Counted from the stretch's first letter, positions 6,047 through 14,982 are shown. The stretch is DNA of 32,000 bases from Megasphaera elsdenii DSM 20460 (GCF_003010495.1 NZ_CP027570.1:1140001-1172000); one strand, 5' to 3'. The notes: generated from the sequence alone by a model not told the origin. Made by a program: numbers and translations.

Positions 6047-6709
6047 CTACAGATGCCGGGTCTCTTTCAGTGCCGCATATTCTGTCAGGAGGTCCGGCTT
6101 TTCCGGGCTCTGGTAGATATAGTCGGGTATAGCGGCCTTGGCTTTTTCTACGGCGGCTTTGAAGTCGTAGTAGACCTGCCATTTCGATTCGACCAGTTCG
6201 TGGCCGGTCTGGCGCAGGAGGAAGGCCGGGTGATACGTCGGCATGATGTCGTAGCCGCGCCACGTGAACCACTTGCCGCGGTTGCGCATGATACTGGCGG
6301 CACGGCCGTAGAAATATTGGAAAGCGACTTTGCCCAGGCAGACGATGACCTTCGGCTGGACCAGCTCGATTTCTTTGACCAAATGGATATCTGCGCAGTG
6401 ACGCCCTTCTTCCAGGGTCGGTGTGCGGTTGTTCTTGGGACGGCATTTGACGATGTTGGTGACGTAGACGTGGTCCCGCGTGAGGCCGACGCTCCACAAG
6501 GCCTTGTCGAGGAGCTGCCCCGACGGGCCGACCAGGGGAACGCCGTATTCATCTTCCACACCGCCAGGTCCTTCGCCGACGAACATCAGCGGCGACGCGC
6601 AGTCGCCGGAATAGCGCGTCGGCCCGCGGTTGCCTTCATCCCGCAAGTGACAGGACGTACAGCTCATGAGCCCTGCCAGCCAATCCTTCATCTTTTCATT
6701 TTCTTCCAT
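6047..6709 (-). CDS. udg: Uracil-DNA glycosylase, family 4 (Fe-S type)
   Basis: Family-4 motifs are present: CxxCxL (CTSCHL), GEGPGxxED (MFVGEGPGGVEDEYGVPLVGPSGQLL), NIVKCRP and TYHPAFLLR. The ORF is open to 6769, but RBS AGAAGGGG precedes ATG 6709 (MEENEKMKDW...). Confidence 0.9.
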   Translation of the reverse strand: MEENEKMKDWLAGLMSCTSCHLRDEGNRGPTRYSGDCASPLMFVGEGPGGVEDEYGVPLVGPSGQLLDKALWSVGLTRDHVYVTNIVKCRPKNNRTPTLEEGRHCADIHLVKEIELVQPKVIVCLGKVAFQYFYGRAASIMRNRGKWFTWRGYDIMPTYHPAFLLRQTGHELVESKWQVYYDFKAAVEKAKAAIPDYIYQSPEKPDLLTEYAALKETRHL

Positions 6710-6774
6710 AATACCCCTTCTTTTTGTACATGTTAATTTTACTATAGCAAGAAGGATGATTCTTTTCAAGTCTA

Positions 6775-6783
6775 TGGTATAAT
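6775..6783 (+). promoter_or_regulatory. Extended -10 promoter element upstream of the C-N hydrolase operon
   Basis: TGGTATAAT (TGnTATAAT) lies 36 nt upstream of the GTG start. No good -35 was found at 16-18 nt spacing. Confidence 0.35.
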
Positions 6784-6818
6784 AAAACTAATATATATGC
6801 TAGCAGGGGGGGAGTACC

Positions 6819-7613
6819 GTGAAAATTTCGCTCATCCAATTTCCCATCGTCACCGGCGACAGGCCGGCCAATTTCGCCCAGGTCCGCAGTCATGTCCATA
6901 CGGCAGCTGCGGCTGGTTCCGACTTGGCCGTCTTGCCGGAACTATGGGATTTATCGTTCTATCCGCCTGATGTCTTCGACCTGGCCGATGAAGGCGGCCG
7001 TCAGGGACGGGAGTTTTTACAGGACTTGGCCGCTTCCTGCCATATCCAGCTTGTCGGCGGGTCCCTGGTCCGGCGCCAGCAGGGAAAATTATACAATACG
7101 ACGTATATTATCGACGAAGAGGGGAACCTCGTTTCATCGTATGACAAATGCCACTTATTTACGCCTGGTGGGGAAGAGAAAGTCTTCACGCCGGGAGACC
7201 ATTTGAATACCTTCTTTTTAGGCGATGTGCCGATGGCATCCATCACCTGTTATGACCTGCGTTTCGGTGAATGGGTCCGCATGGCTGCCCTGGCCGGTGC
7301 CAAGATTCTCTTTGTCCCGGCCGCCTGGCCTCATCCCCGCCTGGCTCATTGGCAGATCCTCAATCGGGCCCGGGCCATTGAGAACCAGCTTTTCGTCGTC
7401 GCCGTCAACAGCTGCGGTACCTGTGGGGATTACCACTTCTGCGGCCATTCCATGATCATCGACCCGTGGGGCGAAGTCCTGGCCGAAGGCGGTGACGGGG
7501 AAGTCGTCGTCACCGGGGAAATCGACTTGTCCGTCATCGACGACATTCGCAGCCGCATCAACGTCTTTCGCGACCGGCGGCCGGAATTATACCAGTTAGA
7601 AGGGAAGCGGTAA
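6819..7613 (+). CDS. Carbon-nitrogen hydrolase (nitrilase superfamily) amidase
   Basis: The Glu-Lys-Cys triad context is present: LPELWD, YDKCHLF, ITCYDLRFGE. GTG start with G-rich RBS GGGGGGGAG. Confidence 0.85.
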   Translation: MKISLIQFPIVTGDRPANFAQVRSHVHTAAAAGSDLAVLPELWDLSFYPPDVFDLADEGGRQGREFLQDLAASCHIQLVGGSLVRRQQGKLYNTTYIIDEEGNLVSSYDKCHLFTPGGEEKVFTPGDHLNTFFLGDVPMASITCYDLRFGEWVRMAALAGAKILFVPAAWPHPRLAHWQILNRARAIENQLFVVAVNSCGTCGDYHFCGHSMIIDPWGEVLAEGGDGEVVVTGEIDLSVIDDIRSRINVFRDRRPELYQLEGKR

Positions 7614-7614
7614 C

Positions 7615-8562
7615 GTGGAAGGGGTATTGCACGGGTTACAAGGGATTTTTGAGGTGTTGTTCATCATCTCTATCGGTTTCATCTTGGCTAAGAAGGGCTG
7701 GTTCGGCCCGGACATGAGCGCCGTCTTTACCAAGCTGGTCATGAAGATAAGCCTGCCCTTATACATGCTCTGCCAGCTGGAAAAGGATTTCACCCACGAT
7801 TCGCTGATCCGCATTGCGCCGGACCTGCTCCTGCCCTTTGCGTCCATCCTTTTGGCCTATGCCGTCGGCCGCGTGGCAGCCAAAGTCCTGCACATCCGAC
7901 AGGAACGGCAAGGCGTCTTCATTACGTGTTTCTTCATTGCCAATACCATCTTCATCGGACTGCCCGTCAACCTGGCCCTGTTCGGGACGCAGAGCGTGCC
8001 GTCAGTTATGCTCTACTACATGGCCAATACGACGATGTTCTGGACCCTCGGCGTCTACCACATCGTCAACGACAGCCTGGGCGGCAAGGGGAGTATGCCC
8101 CTGTTTTCCCTGCAGACCCTGAAGAAAGTCTTTTCGCCGCCTCTCCTGGGCTTTTTAGCCGGCCTGGCCCTGATCATGGCCAATATCAAGCTGCCCGATT
8201 TCCTGCTGACGTCGTTCCAATACGTCGGCAATATGGCGACGCCACTGTCGCTCATGGTCATCGGCATTGAAATGACGGGCATCTCTTTGGCTTCGGTCCG
8301 TTGGGACCGGGATATCATCGGCGCCCTCGTCGGCCGCTTCCTGGTCTGTCCGGCCTGCGTCCTGGTATTGCTGCCCTTCATCCCGGTCACGCCTATGTCG
8401 GCCCAGGTCTTCACCATGCAGGCCAGCATGCCGGCCATGACTCAGATGACGGTCGTCGCCAAATCCGTCGGTGCCGATGTCCGCTATTCGACGGAAGTCA
8501 GCTTCATCACCGTCGTCATGGGCATCATTGTCATCCCTTTATATATGTTCATCATTGGATAG
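7615..8562 (+). CDS. AEC (auxin efflux carrier) family membrane transporter
   Basis: 315 aa with about ten hydrophobic helices in two halves around a central loop, resembling annotated AEC permeases. The GTG start is 1 nt after the upstream stop, with RBS GAAGGGAAG. Confidence 0.7.
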   Translation: MEGVLHGLQGIFEVLFIISIGFILAKKGWFGPDMSAVFTKLVMKISLPLYMLCQLEKDFTHDSLIRIAPDLLLPFASILLAYAVGRVAAKVLHIRQERQGVFITCFFIANTIFIGLPVNLALFGTQSVPSVMLYYMANTTMFWTLGVYHIVNDSLGGKGSMPLFSLQTLKKVFSPPLLGFLAGLALIMANIKLPDFLLTSFQYVGNMATPLSLMVIGIEMTGISLASVRWDRDIIGALVGRFLVCPACVLVLLPFIPVTPMSAQVFTMQASMPAMTQMTVVAKSVGADVRYSTEVSFITVVMGIIVIPLYMFIIG

Positions 8563-8580
8563 AAGGAGTTTTTTTAGATT

Positions 8581-9759
8581 ATGAATACACTCGAAGATTT
8601 GAAAAAAGCCTTGAAGGCCCATGAAGCCCAGGCTTTTCAGCTCAATTATACCATTGCTGACGATCCGGAATTATCCGGCGAAGAATACCATGCCTGCCAG
8701 CATTACGTCGATTTGTGCCGTTCCCTGGGCATGGAAGTGGAAGACCAGTTCACCGGTCAGCCCACGGCCTTCCGCGCCGTTGCCCATCGGGCTGATAAGC
8801 CTGTCTTCAAGATGGCTCTCCTGGCCGAATACGATGCCCTGCCCGGCGTCGGTCACGGCTGCGGCCATTCGGCCAACGGTGCTATGAGTTTCCTGGCAGC
8901 GGCTGCTTTGAAAGATTTAGCCGATTTGCCTGTCGATGTCGACCTCATCGGGACACCGGACGAAGAACTGCGCGGCGGCAAGGTCATCATGTGCGACCAG
9001 GGCGTCTTCAAGGATTATGATTTCGCCGTCATGGTCCACATTTCACCGACGAAGACCAATGCCAATTCCCATTTCCTGGCTCTTGACGACTACCGCATCG
9101 CCTTCCACGGCCAGACAGCCCATGCCGCCGGTGAACCCTGGAATGGCCGCAATGCCCTGAACGGGGCCATGCTGGCCCTTCACGCCATCGATATGCTGCG
9201 CCAGCACGTCCGTCCGGAAACGCGCATCGGCTCGTATATCGTCAACGGCGGCATGGCTTCCAATGTCGTTCCCGATTACGCCGAAATCGAATGCTGTATC
9301 CGCCACAGCGAACGGGAATACCTCGATACGGTCGTAGCCAAAGTCATGAACTGCTTCAAAGGTGCGGCCATTGCCACGGAAACGACGTACGATGTCAGCC
9401 AGATGGGCTGCAAATTCGACAACATGGTCTGGAACGAAGCGGCGACAAAGGCATCGGAACAAGTCCTTCAGGCCATGGATATCCCCTATGAATATCCGAC
9501 AGACTGCGGCAGCTCCGACGTCGGCAACGTCAGCCACCAGTGCCCGGCCGTCCACGTCCACCTGGCCTTAGGCGACGTCCCCATGCCGGAACACTCGACG
9601 GATATCGCCAATGCCGTCAAAGCCAGGACCATCGAACCGACTATCGTCAAAGGCGCCGAAATCATGGGCCGCCTGGCCCTCCTCTTTGCTCAGGACGCCG
9701 CCTTGCGTCAGCAGATGAAAGACGAGTTTATGTCGAATGGCCTTTCCTGTAACCACTAG
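8581..9759 (+). CDS. M20-family metallo-amidohydrolase/peptidase (AbgB/PM20D2-like)
   Basis: 392 aa with GHGCGHSANG, IGTPDEE and FHGQTAHAAGEPWNGRNAL motifs typical of M20 amidohydrolases. RBS AGAAGGAG. Confidence 0.8.
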   Translation: MNTLEDLKKALKAHEAQAFQLNYTIADDPELSGEEYHACQHYVDLCRSLGMEVEDQFTGQPTAFRAVAHRADKPVFKMALLAEYDALPGVGHGCGHSANGAMSFLAAAALKDLADLPVDVDLIGTPDEELRGGKVIMCDQGVFKDYDFAVMVHISPTKTNANSHFLALDDYRIAFHGQTAHAAGEPWNGRNALNGAMLALHAIDMLRQHVRPETRIGSYIVNGGMASNVVPDYAEIECCIRHSEREYLDTVVAKVMNCFKGAAIATETTYDVSQMGCKFDNMVWNEAATKASEQVLQAMDIPYEYPTDCGSSDVGNVSHQCPAVHVHLALGDVPMPEHSTDIANAVKARTIEPTIVKGAEIMGRLALLFAQDAALRQQMKDEFMSNGLSCNH

Positions 9760-9787
9760 CCACTAGCCACTAACCACTAACCACTTA
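9753..9787. repeat. 7-bp tandem array CCACTAG CCACTAG CCACTAA CCACTAA CCACTTA
   Basis: Five heptads can be read directly. The first TAG (9757-9759) is the stop codon of the M20 gene. Stops at 9757, 9764, 9771 and 9778 fall in all three frames, and the reverse complement (T/C)TAGTGG does the same on the other strand. Confidence 0.95.
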
Positions 9788-9821
9788 AAAGGAGCTGTCG
9801 CGATGCGACAGCTCCTTTTTT
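9787..9821. terminator. Bidirectional intrinsic terminator between the M20 gene and gdhA
   Basis: AAAA-GGAGCTGTCGC-GAT-GCGACAGCTCC-TTTTTT: an 11-bp stem flanked by A4 and T6. Confidence 0.85.
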
Positions 9822-9852
9822 CACGCTCTATATATTCAGTTTCAGGTATAAC

Positions 9853-11202
9853 TTAGAAGACACCTTGTGCCAGCATTGCATCGGCGACGCGTTCGAACCC
9901 GGCGATGTTTGCACCGGCTACGAGGTTGTAGCCCAGGCCGTTGCGGGCAGCTGCGTCTTTGCAGTTCTGGTAAATCGTGTTCATGATTTCATGGAGACGG
10001 TCGTCGACTTCTTTGGCAGTCCATACCAGGCGTTCGCTGTTCTGGCTCATTTCCAGGGCCGATGTAGCGACACCGCCGGCGTTGACGGCTTTCGACGGAG
10101 CGACGATGATGTCTTTCTGGTCGAGTAAGAATTTCAAAGCATCGTTGGTCGTCGGCATATTGGCGACTTCGATGTAGTAGCGGATCTTGTTGGCGGCAAT
10201 CTGTTTAGCCTGTTCCAGATGGACGTCGTTCTGCATAGCCGACGGCATGATGATGTCGACTTTGCGGCCCCACGGTTTTTCACCCGGGAAGAATTCGACG
10301 CCGAATTTATCAGCATAGTCCTGGACGCGGTTGCGGCCGCTGTTGCGCATTTCGAGGAGGTAGTCGATTTTTTCCTGCGTAGCGACGCCGTCCGGGTCAT
10401 AGATGTAGCCGTCCGGACCGGACAGGGTAACGACTTTGGCGCCGAGTTCCGTAGCTTTCTTGCAGATGCCCCAGGTTACGTTGCCGAAGCCGGCAGCGGC
10501 AATGGTCTTGCCTTTGATGTCCTGGCCGTCATCTTTGAGGACGTTTTCCAGATAGTAGACAGCGCCGTAGCCCGTAGCTTCCGGACGGATGCGGGAACCA
10601 CCGAAGCTGAAGCCTTTGCCCGTGAGGACGCCGTTTTCGAAGCAGCCTTTCAAACGGCGGTATTCACCGAAGAGGTAGCCAATTTCACGGCCGCCGACGC
10701 CCATGTCCCCGGCCGGTACGTCGATATCGGGACCGATGTAGCGATAGAGGGCCTGCATGTAGCTCTGGCAGAAACGCATGATTTCGGCGTCGGACTTGCC
10801 TGTCGGGTCGAAGTCAGCACCGCCTTTAGCACCGCCGATGGGCAGGCCGGTCAAGGCGTTCTTGAAGATCTGTTCAAAGCCCAGGAATTTGATGATGCCT
10901 GAGTATACGTTTTTCTGGAAACGGAGGCCGCCTTTGTAGGGCCCGATAGCGCCGTTGAACTGGAAGCGGTAGCCCGTATTGGTATGGTATTCGCCTTTAT
11001 CGTCCTGCCAGACGACGCGGAATGTGAATTGCCGTTCCGGTTCGACGAGACGGTTGAGGAGGTCGAACTTTTCATATTCCGGGTGGCGTTCAACGACGGG
11101 GTCCAGGGAGCTCAAGACTTCTTCGACGGTCTGGACAAATTCCGGTTCGTTTGCGTGTTTCGTACGTACATTTTCGATAACAGATTCCAAATACTTATTC
11201 AT
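9853..11202 (-). CDS. gdhA: NADP-specific glutamate dehydrogenase
   Basis: 449 aa with GPYKGGLRF, LPIGGAKGG(A)DFDP and the dinucleotide fold AAGFGNVTWG. RBS GAGGTG. Confidence 0.97.
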   Translation of the reverse strand: MNKYLESVIENVRTKHANEPEFVQTVEEVLSSLDPVVERHPEYEKFDLLNRLVEPERQFTFRVVWQDDKGEYHTNTGYRFQFNGAIGPYKGGLRFQKNVYSGIIKFLGFEQIFKNALTGLPIGGAKGGADFDPTGKSDAEIMRFCQSYMQALYRYIGPDIDVPAGDMGVGGREIGYLFGEYRRLKGCFENGVLTGKGFSFGGSRIRPEATGYGAVYYLENVLKDDGQDIKGKTIAAAGFGNVTWGICKKATELGAKVVTLSGPDGYIYDPDGVATQEKIDYLLEMRNSGRNRVQDYADKFGVEFFPGEKPWGRKVDIIMPSAMQNDVHLEQAKQIAANKIRYYIEVANMPTTNDALKFLLDQKDIIVAPSKAVNAGGVATSALEMSQNSERLVWTAKEVDDRLHEIMNTIYQNCKDAAARNGLGYNLVAGANIAGFERVADAMLAQGVF

Positions 11203-11655
11203 ATGTAATCACCTCATTTAAAATTAATTATACCTAAAACTGATTTCTACAATTACATAATAGCATGTTTTTCTGCCCTTGAAAATACCACAATGAGGAA
11301 AAGATTTTTCCATGCTGGCACCGCATTGCCGTTATGTGAAAAAGGACATCAAAATTCAAGGATTTTTATGGCACAGGATAAACGTTATAGTAGGTTAAAA
11401 GGACATATTCGTTAAAAATAATTGCAATATGAATAAAAATCATGGTATAAATAGAACTATACTGATTAAAGATGAAAAGGGAAAATCATGTGTTGTCTTT
11501 TGCTAAAAGGGTAATTGTATATGCGGAATGAACAAAATAGAGCCAAAGTTGGTAAAAAGCAGAAAAAGAATCTAGCCACTCTGACAATGATGATATACAA
11601 TAGAAATTAAATAAGCCATACTATATATACTATATGAGAAAGCGAGGTACGCAAC

Positions 11656-13569
11656 ATGGAAACGTACGATACTTATTCTCCCGAATATCTGCGCTATTTG
11701 GAGCTCTTGTCCAAGGAGTATCCGACACAGGCTGCGACGTTTACAGAAATCATCAACCTGCAGGCGATTGTCAATCTGCCCAAGGGGACGGAACACTTCA
11801 TGAGTGACCTGCACGGCGAATATGAAGCCTTTTATCACATCCTGAACAACTGCTCCGGCGTCATCCGGGAAAAAGTAGAAATGATTTTTTCTGACAAGAT
11901 GAGCAAGGCCGAACAAGATGACTTATTGACGCTCATTTACTATCCGAAAGAAAAACTGAACATGCTATACCGAGAAGGCAAGGTCAACGATGACTGGGCC
12001 CGGACGACGCTGGAACGGATGATCGACCTGGCCAAGCTCTTGTCTTCGAAGTACACGCGGTCGAAGGTCCGTAAAGCCATGCCGGAAGTCTTCCGCTTCG
12101 TCATCGATGAACTCTTGCATGCCCAGCCCGATGAAGACCAGAATCAGCTGGTCTACCATATGAAAATCCTCGATACCATCTTAGAAACGGGCAGTACGCG
12201 GCAATTCATCTACGCTTTGGCCAATCTCATCAAACGCCTGGCTGTCGATCACTTGCACATCATCGGCGATATTTACGACCGCGGCGCTCATGCCGATAAG
12301 ATCATGGATACCCTCATGCACCATCATTCCCTGGACATCCAGTGGGGCAACCACGACGTCCTTTGGATGGGGGCCGCTGCCGGCAATGCCGCCTGCATCG
12401 CCAATGTCCTGCGCAATAACATCCGTTACCATAATATGGAAATATTAGAAAGCGGTTATGGCATCAGCCTGCGCCCCTTTGCCCTGTTCGCCTTGGATAC
12501 GTATAAACAGGACGACGGCATGGAACCGATGGTCAAGGCCATCAACGTCATCGTGGCTAAACTGGAAGGCCAGACGATTTACCGTCATCCCGACTATAAT
12601 ATGGACGACCGCCTGTTGTTCCATAAAATCGATTGGGAAAAAGGCGTCATCACCCTCGGTGGCAAGACGTATGAACTGAAGACCAAAGATTTCCCGACCG
12701 TCAACCCGCAGGACCCGTATACACTGTCGCCGGAAGAACATCAGCTCATGAATGACATCCAGGTTGAATTTACCGAAAGCGAACGCCTTCAGCGCCATAT
12801 CCGCTTCCTCTACAGCCACGGTTCTTTATACCGCTGCATGAATAACAACCTCTTGTTCCACGGCGGCCTGCCCCTTAATGAAGACGGCAGTTTCAAGGAA
12901 ATCTACCTCGACGGCAAGCCGTATAAGGGCAAGGCATTCATGGATAAAGCGGAACACCTCATCCGCCGGGCTTACGACCAGCGCGATACGGACAGCCTGG
13001 ATTATATGTGGTATCTCTGGTGCGGTGCTGATTCTCCCGTATCCGGCCGTATCGTCAAGACTTTTGAACGGAGTTACATCATCGATGAATCGACGTGGAA
13101 AGAGCCGCAGAATGCTTACTACCGCCTGAATCGCGATAAAGATGAATGTATCAAGATCCTTCACGAATTTGGCATCGACTCGCCCCAAGGCCACATCATC
13201 AATGGCCATACGCCGGTCAAGGTCAAGAAAGGCGAAAGCCCAATCCGTGCGGAAGGCAAGGAAATCTGCATCGACGGCGGTTTCTGCAAAGCTTATCAGG
13301 GCTCTACGGGCATTGCCGGTTACACGCTCATCTTCAACTCCCATGGTATCCGCATCAAATCCCACTATCCCTTTGAAGACGTCTATCAGGCCCTCATGAA
13401 CAATGTCGACATCGATTCCGAATCGACACAGGTCGAATTGGAACCGAAGCGGGTCATGATCGGCGACACGGATAACGGTAAGAAACTCCTGCAGATGATC
13501 CGCGACTTGAAGGCTCTCTTGGAAGCCTATCGTCAAGGCGTCATCCTTGAACGTCGCCCGAATCCGTAG
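11656..13569 (+). CDS. fbp: Fructose-1,6-bisphosphatase class III
   Basis: The 637-aa size is typical of Firmicutes class III FBPase. Metallophosphoesterase motifs SDLHGEYEAF, IIGDIYDRG and WGNHD are present. Confidence 0.93.
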   Translation: METYDTYSPEYLRYLELLSKEYPTQAATFTEIINLQAIVNLPKGTEHFMSDLHGEYEAFYHILNNCSGVIREKVEMIFSDKMSKAEQDDLLTLIYYPKEKLNMLYREGKVNDDWARTTLERMIDLAKLLSSKYTRSKVRKAMPEVFRFVIDELLHAQPDEDQNQLVYHMKILDTILETGSTRQFIYALANLIKRLAVDHLHIIGDIYDRGAHADKIMDTLMHHHSLDIQWGNHDVLWMGAAAGNAACIANVLRNNIRYHNMEILESGYGISLRPFALFALDTYKQDDGMEPMVKAINVIVAKLEGQTIYRHPDYNMDDRLLFHKIDWEKGVITLGGKTYELKTKDFPTVNPQDPYTLSPEEHQLMNDIQVEFTESERLQRHIRFLYSHGSLYRCMNNNLLFHGGLPLNEDGSFKEIYLDGKPYKGKAFMDKAEHLIRRAYDQRDTDSLDYMWYLWCGADSPVSGRIVKTFERSYIIDESTWKEPQNAYYRLNRDKDECIKILHEFGIDSPQGHIINGHTPVKVKKGESPIRAEGKEICIDGGFCKAYQGSTGIAGYTLIFNSHGIRIKSHYPFEDVYQALMNNVDIDSESTQVELEPKRVMIGDTDNGKKLLQMIRDLKALLEAYRQGVILERRPNP

Positions 13570-13663
13570 GGGCCGTCCCAAAAGGCGGCCCGCCAATCCC
13601 GTAGGGGCCGTCCCCAAGGGCGGCCTGCCAATCCCGTAGGGGCCGTCCCAAAGGGCGGCCCGC
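13566..13663. repeat. Three tandem copies (period 35 bp) of the GTAGGGG hairpin repeat between fbp and nhaA
   Basis: Copies at 13566-13593, 13601-13628 and 13636-13663, with spacer CAATCCC. The fbp stop TAG (13567-13569) lies inside the first copy. No T-run follows the array. Confidence 0.95.
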
Positions 13664-13680
13664 CCAATCAAGGAGGAAAT

Positions 13681-14796
13681 ATGAAACGAGAATCGTTAAG
13701 CGGACTGTTACTCATCGCCTGTGCCATCCTGGCCATGGCCATCTCTAATTCTCCCTTCGGTCCCGTTTATGACCACTGGCTCCAGGCCCCGCTGCCGGCA
13801 GGGACACATATGTCTCTGCTGCACTGGATCAACGACGCCGTCATGGCTGTCTTTTTCTTCGTCGTCGGTGCCGAAGTGAAGCGGGAGTTCCTCTACGGAG
13901 AACTGAAATCCCGGTCGGCAGCGATGCTGCCCATGGCCGCTGCCTTAGGCGGCATGCTGGCGCCAGCGGCTATTTATAGTGTCTTTAATGCCGGCCTGCC
14001 GACGGCGGGCGGCTGGGGAATCCCCATGGCGACGGACATCGCCTTTTCCCTGGGCGTCCTGTCCCTGGCGGCTCCCAGAGCGCCGCGGAGCCTCGTCGTC
14101 TTCCTGACGGCCCTGGCCATCGTCGATGACCTCGGCGGCATCGTCGTCATCGCTGTCTTTTATGCCGGGGCCCTCAACGCCCCGGCCCTGGCTGGAGGCC
14201 TCGTTGTCTGGCTGCTGATGCTGGCAGCCTGCCGCCGGAATTGGCAGCAGCCCTGGCTTTACGCAGCCGGTGGCATCCTCATCTGGCTGGCCTTTTTCTA
14301 CGGCGGCATCCATCCGACCATGGCCGGTGTCCTGACGGGCTTTGCCATGCCGGCAGTGCCTGGAAAGGATGGGCGGGAAGGCCTGCTGCTGCGGGCGGAA
14401 CACGCCTTGACGCCGGTTTCGGCTTTCCTCATCATGCCCATCTTCGCCTTGGCCAATGCCGGTATCCGCCTCGACCTGAGCGGCTTGTCCGGCCTGTTAT
14501 CCGCACCGGGCCTGGGGATTTTTGCCGGGCTCGTCCTGGGTAAGCCTTTAGGTATCGGCCTGGCTGTCTGGGTATTGGTATCCTTGAAAAAGGCATCTCT
14601 CCCAGACGGATTGACGATGCGCCACTTCTGGGCCGTCGGCCTCGTAGCCGGCATCGGCTTCACCATGTCCCTGTTCATCGCCGGCCTGGCCTTTCCTGCA
14701 AGTCCTGTCCTGATGACGGCCAAAACGGCCATCATCGCTGCGTCCCTCACAGCAGCCGTACTGGGCGGCTTCATCGTGAACCGGATCAGCCAGTAG
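13681..14796 (+). CDS. nhaA: Na+/H+ antiporter NhaA
   Basis: 371 aa and polytopic. NhaA signatures are present: WINDxxMAxFFFxVGxExKRE, GWGIPMATDIAF and the DD motif in LAIVDDLGGIVVIAVFY. RBS AAGGAGG. Confidence 0.93.
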   Translation: MKRESLSGLLLIACAILAMAISNSPFGPVYDHWLQAPLPAGTHMSLLHWINDAVMAVFFFVVGAEVKREFLYGELKSRSAAMLPMAAALGGMLAPAAIYSVFNAGLPTAGGWGIPMATDIAFSLGVLSLAAPRAPRSLVVFLTALAIVDDLGGIVVIAVFYAGALNAPALAGGLVVWLLMLAACRRNWQQPWLYAAGGILIWLAFFYGGIHPTMAGVLTGFAMPAVPGKDGREGLLLRAEHALTPVSAFLIMPIFALANAGIRLDLSGLSGLLSAPGLGIFAGLVLGKPLGIGLAVWVLVSLKKASLPDGLTMRHFWAVGLVAGIGFTMSLFIAGLAFPASPVLMTAKTAIIAASLTAAVLGGFIVNRISQ

Positions 14797-14875
14797 CCTC
14801 TCGGACTCCAATGCGGCGGTGACGCCGCGATGAGCTCAAACTGACAACGACGCTTCGGGAAACCCTCAGCGCGTA

Positions 14876-14982
14876 GCGGGCCGCCTTCCCAGGACGGCCC
14901 CTACGGAATCGCAGCCAGGCGATAAAAGAATCCACGGCCTATGGCCTCGTGTGTAGGGGCCGACCCGGCTAGGGCGGCCCGC
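14876..14982. repeat. Inverted pair of GTAGGGG hairpin repeats
   Basis: GCGGGCCGCCTTCCCAGGACGGCCCCTAC (14876-14904, inverted orientation) and GTAGGGGCCGACCCGGCTAGGGCGGCCCGC (14953-14982). The flank CGGAATCGCAGCCAGGCGATAAA (14904-14926) is the reverse complement of 29996-30017. Confidence 0.9.

Noticed and set aside
6053-6736. The 227-aa plus-strand ORF and other nested ORFs (6030-6497, 6148-6561) overlapping the UDG gene.
   Set aside because: The minus-strand frame carries unambiguous family-4 UDG motifs. The overlapping frames give Arg/Pro/Ala-rich low-complexity translations typical of off-frame reading of GC-rich coding DNA.
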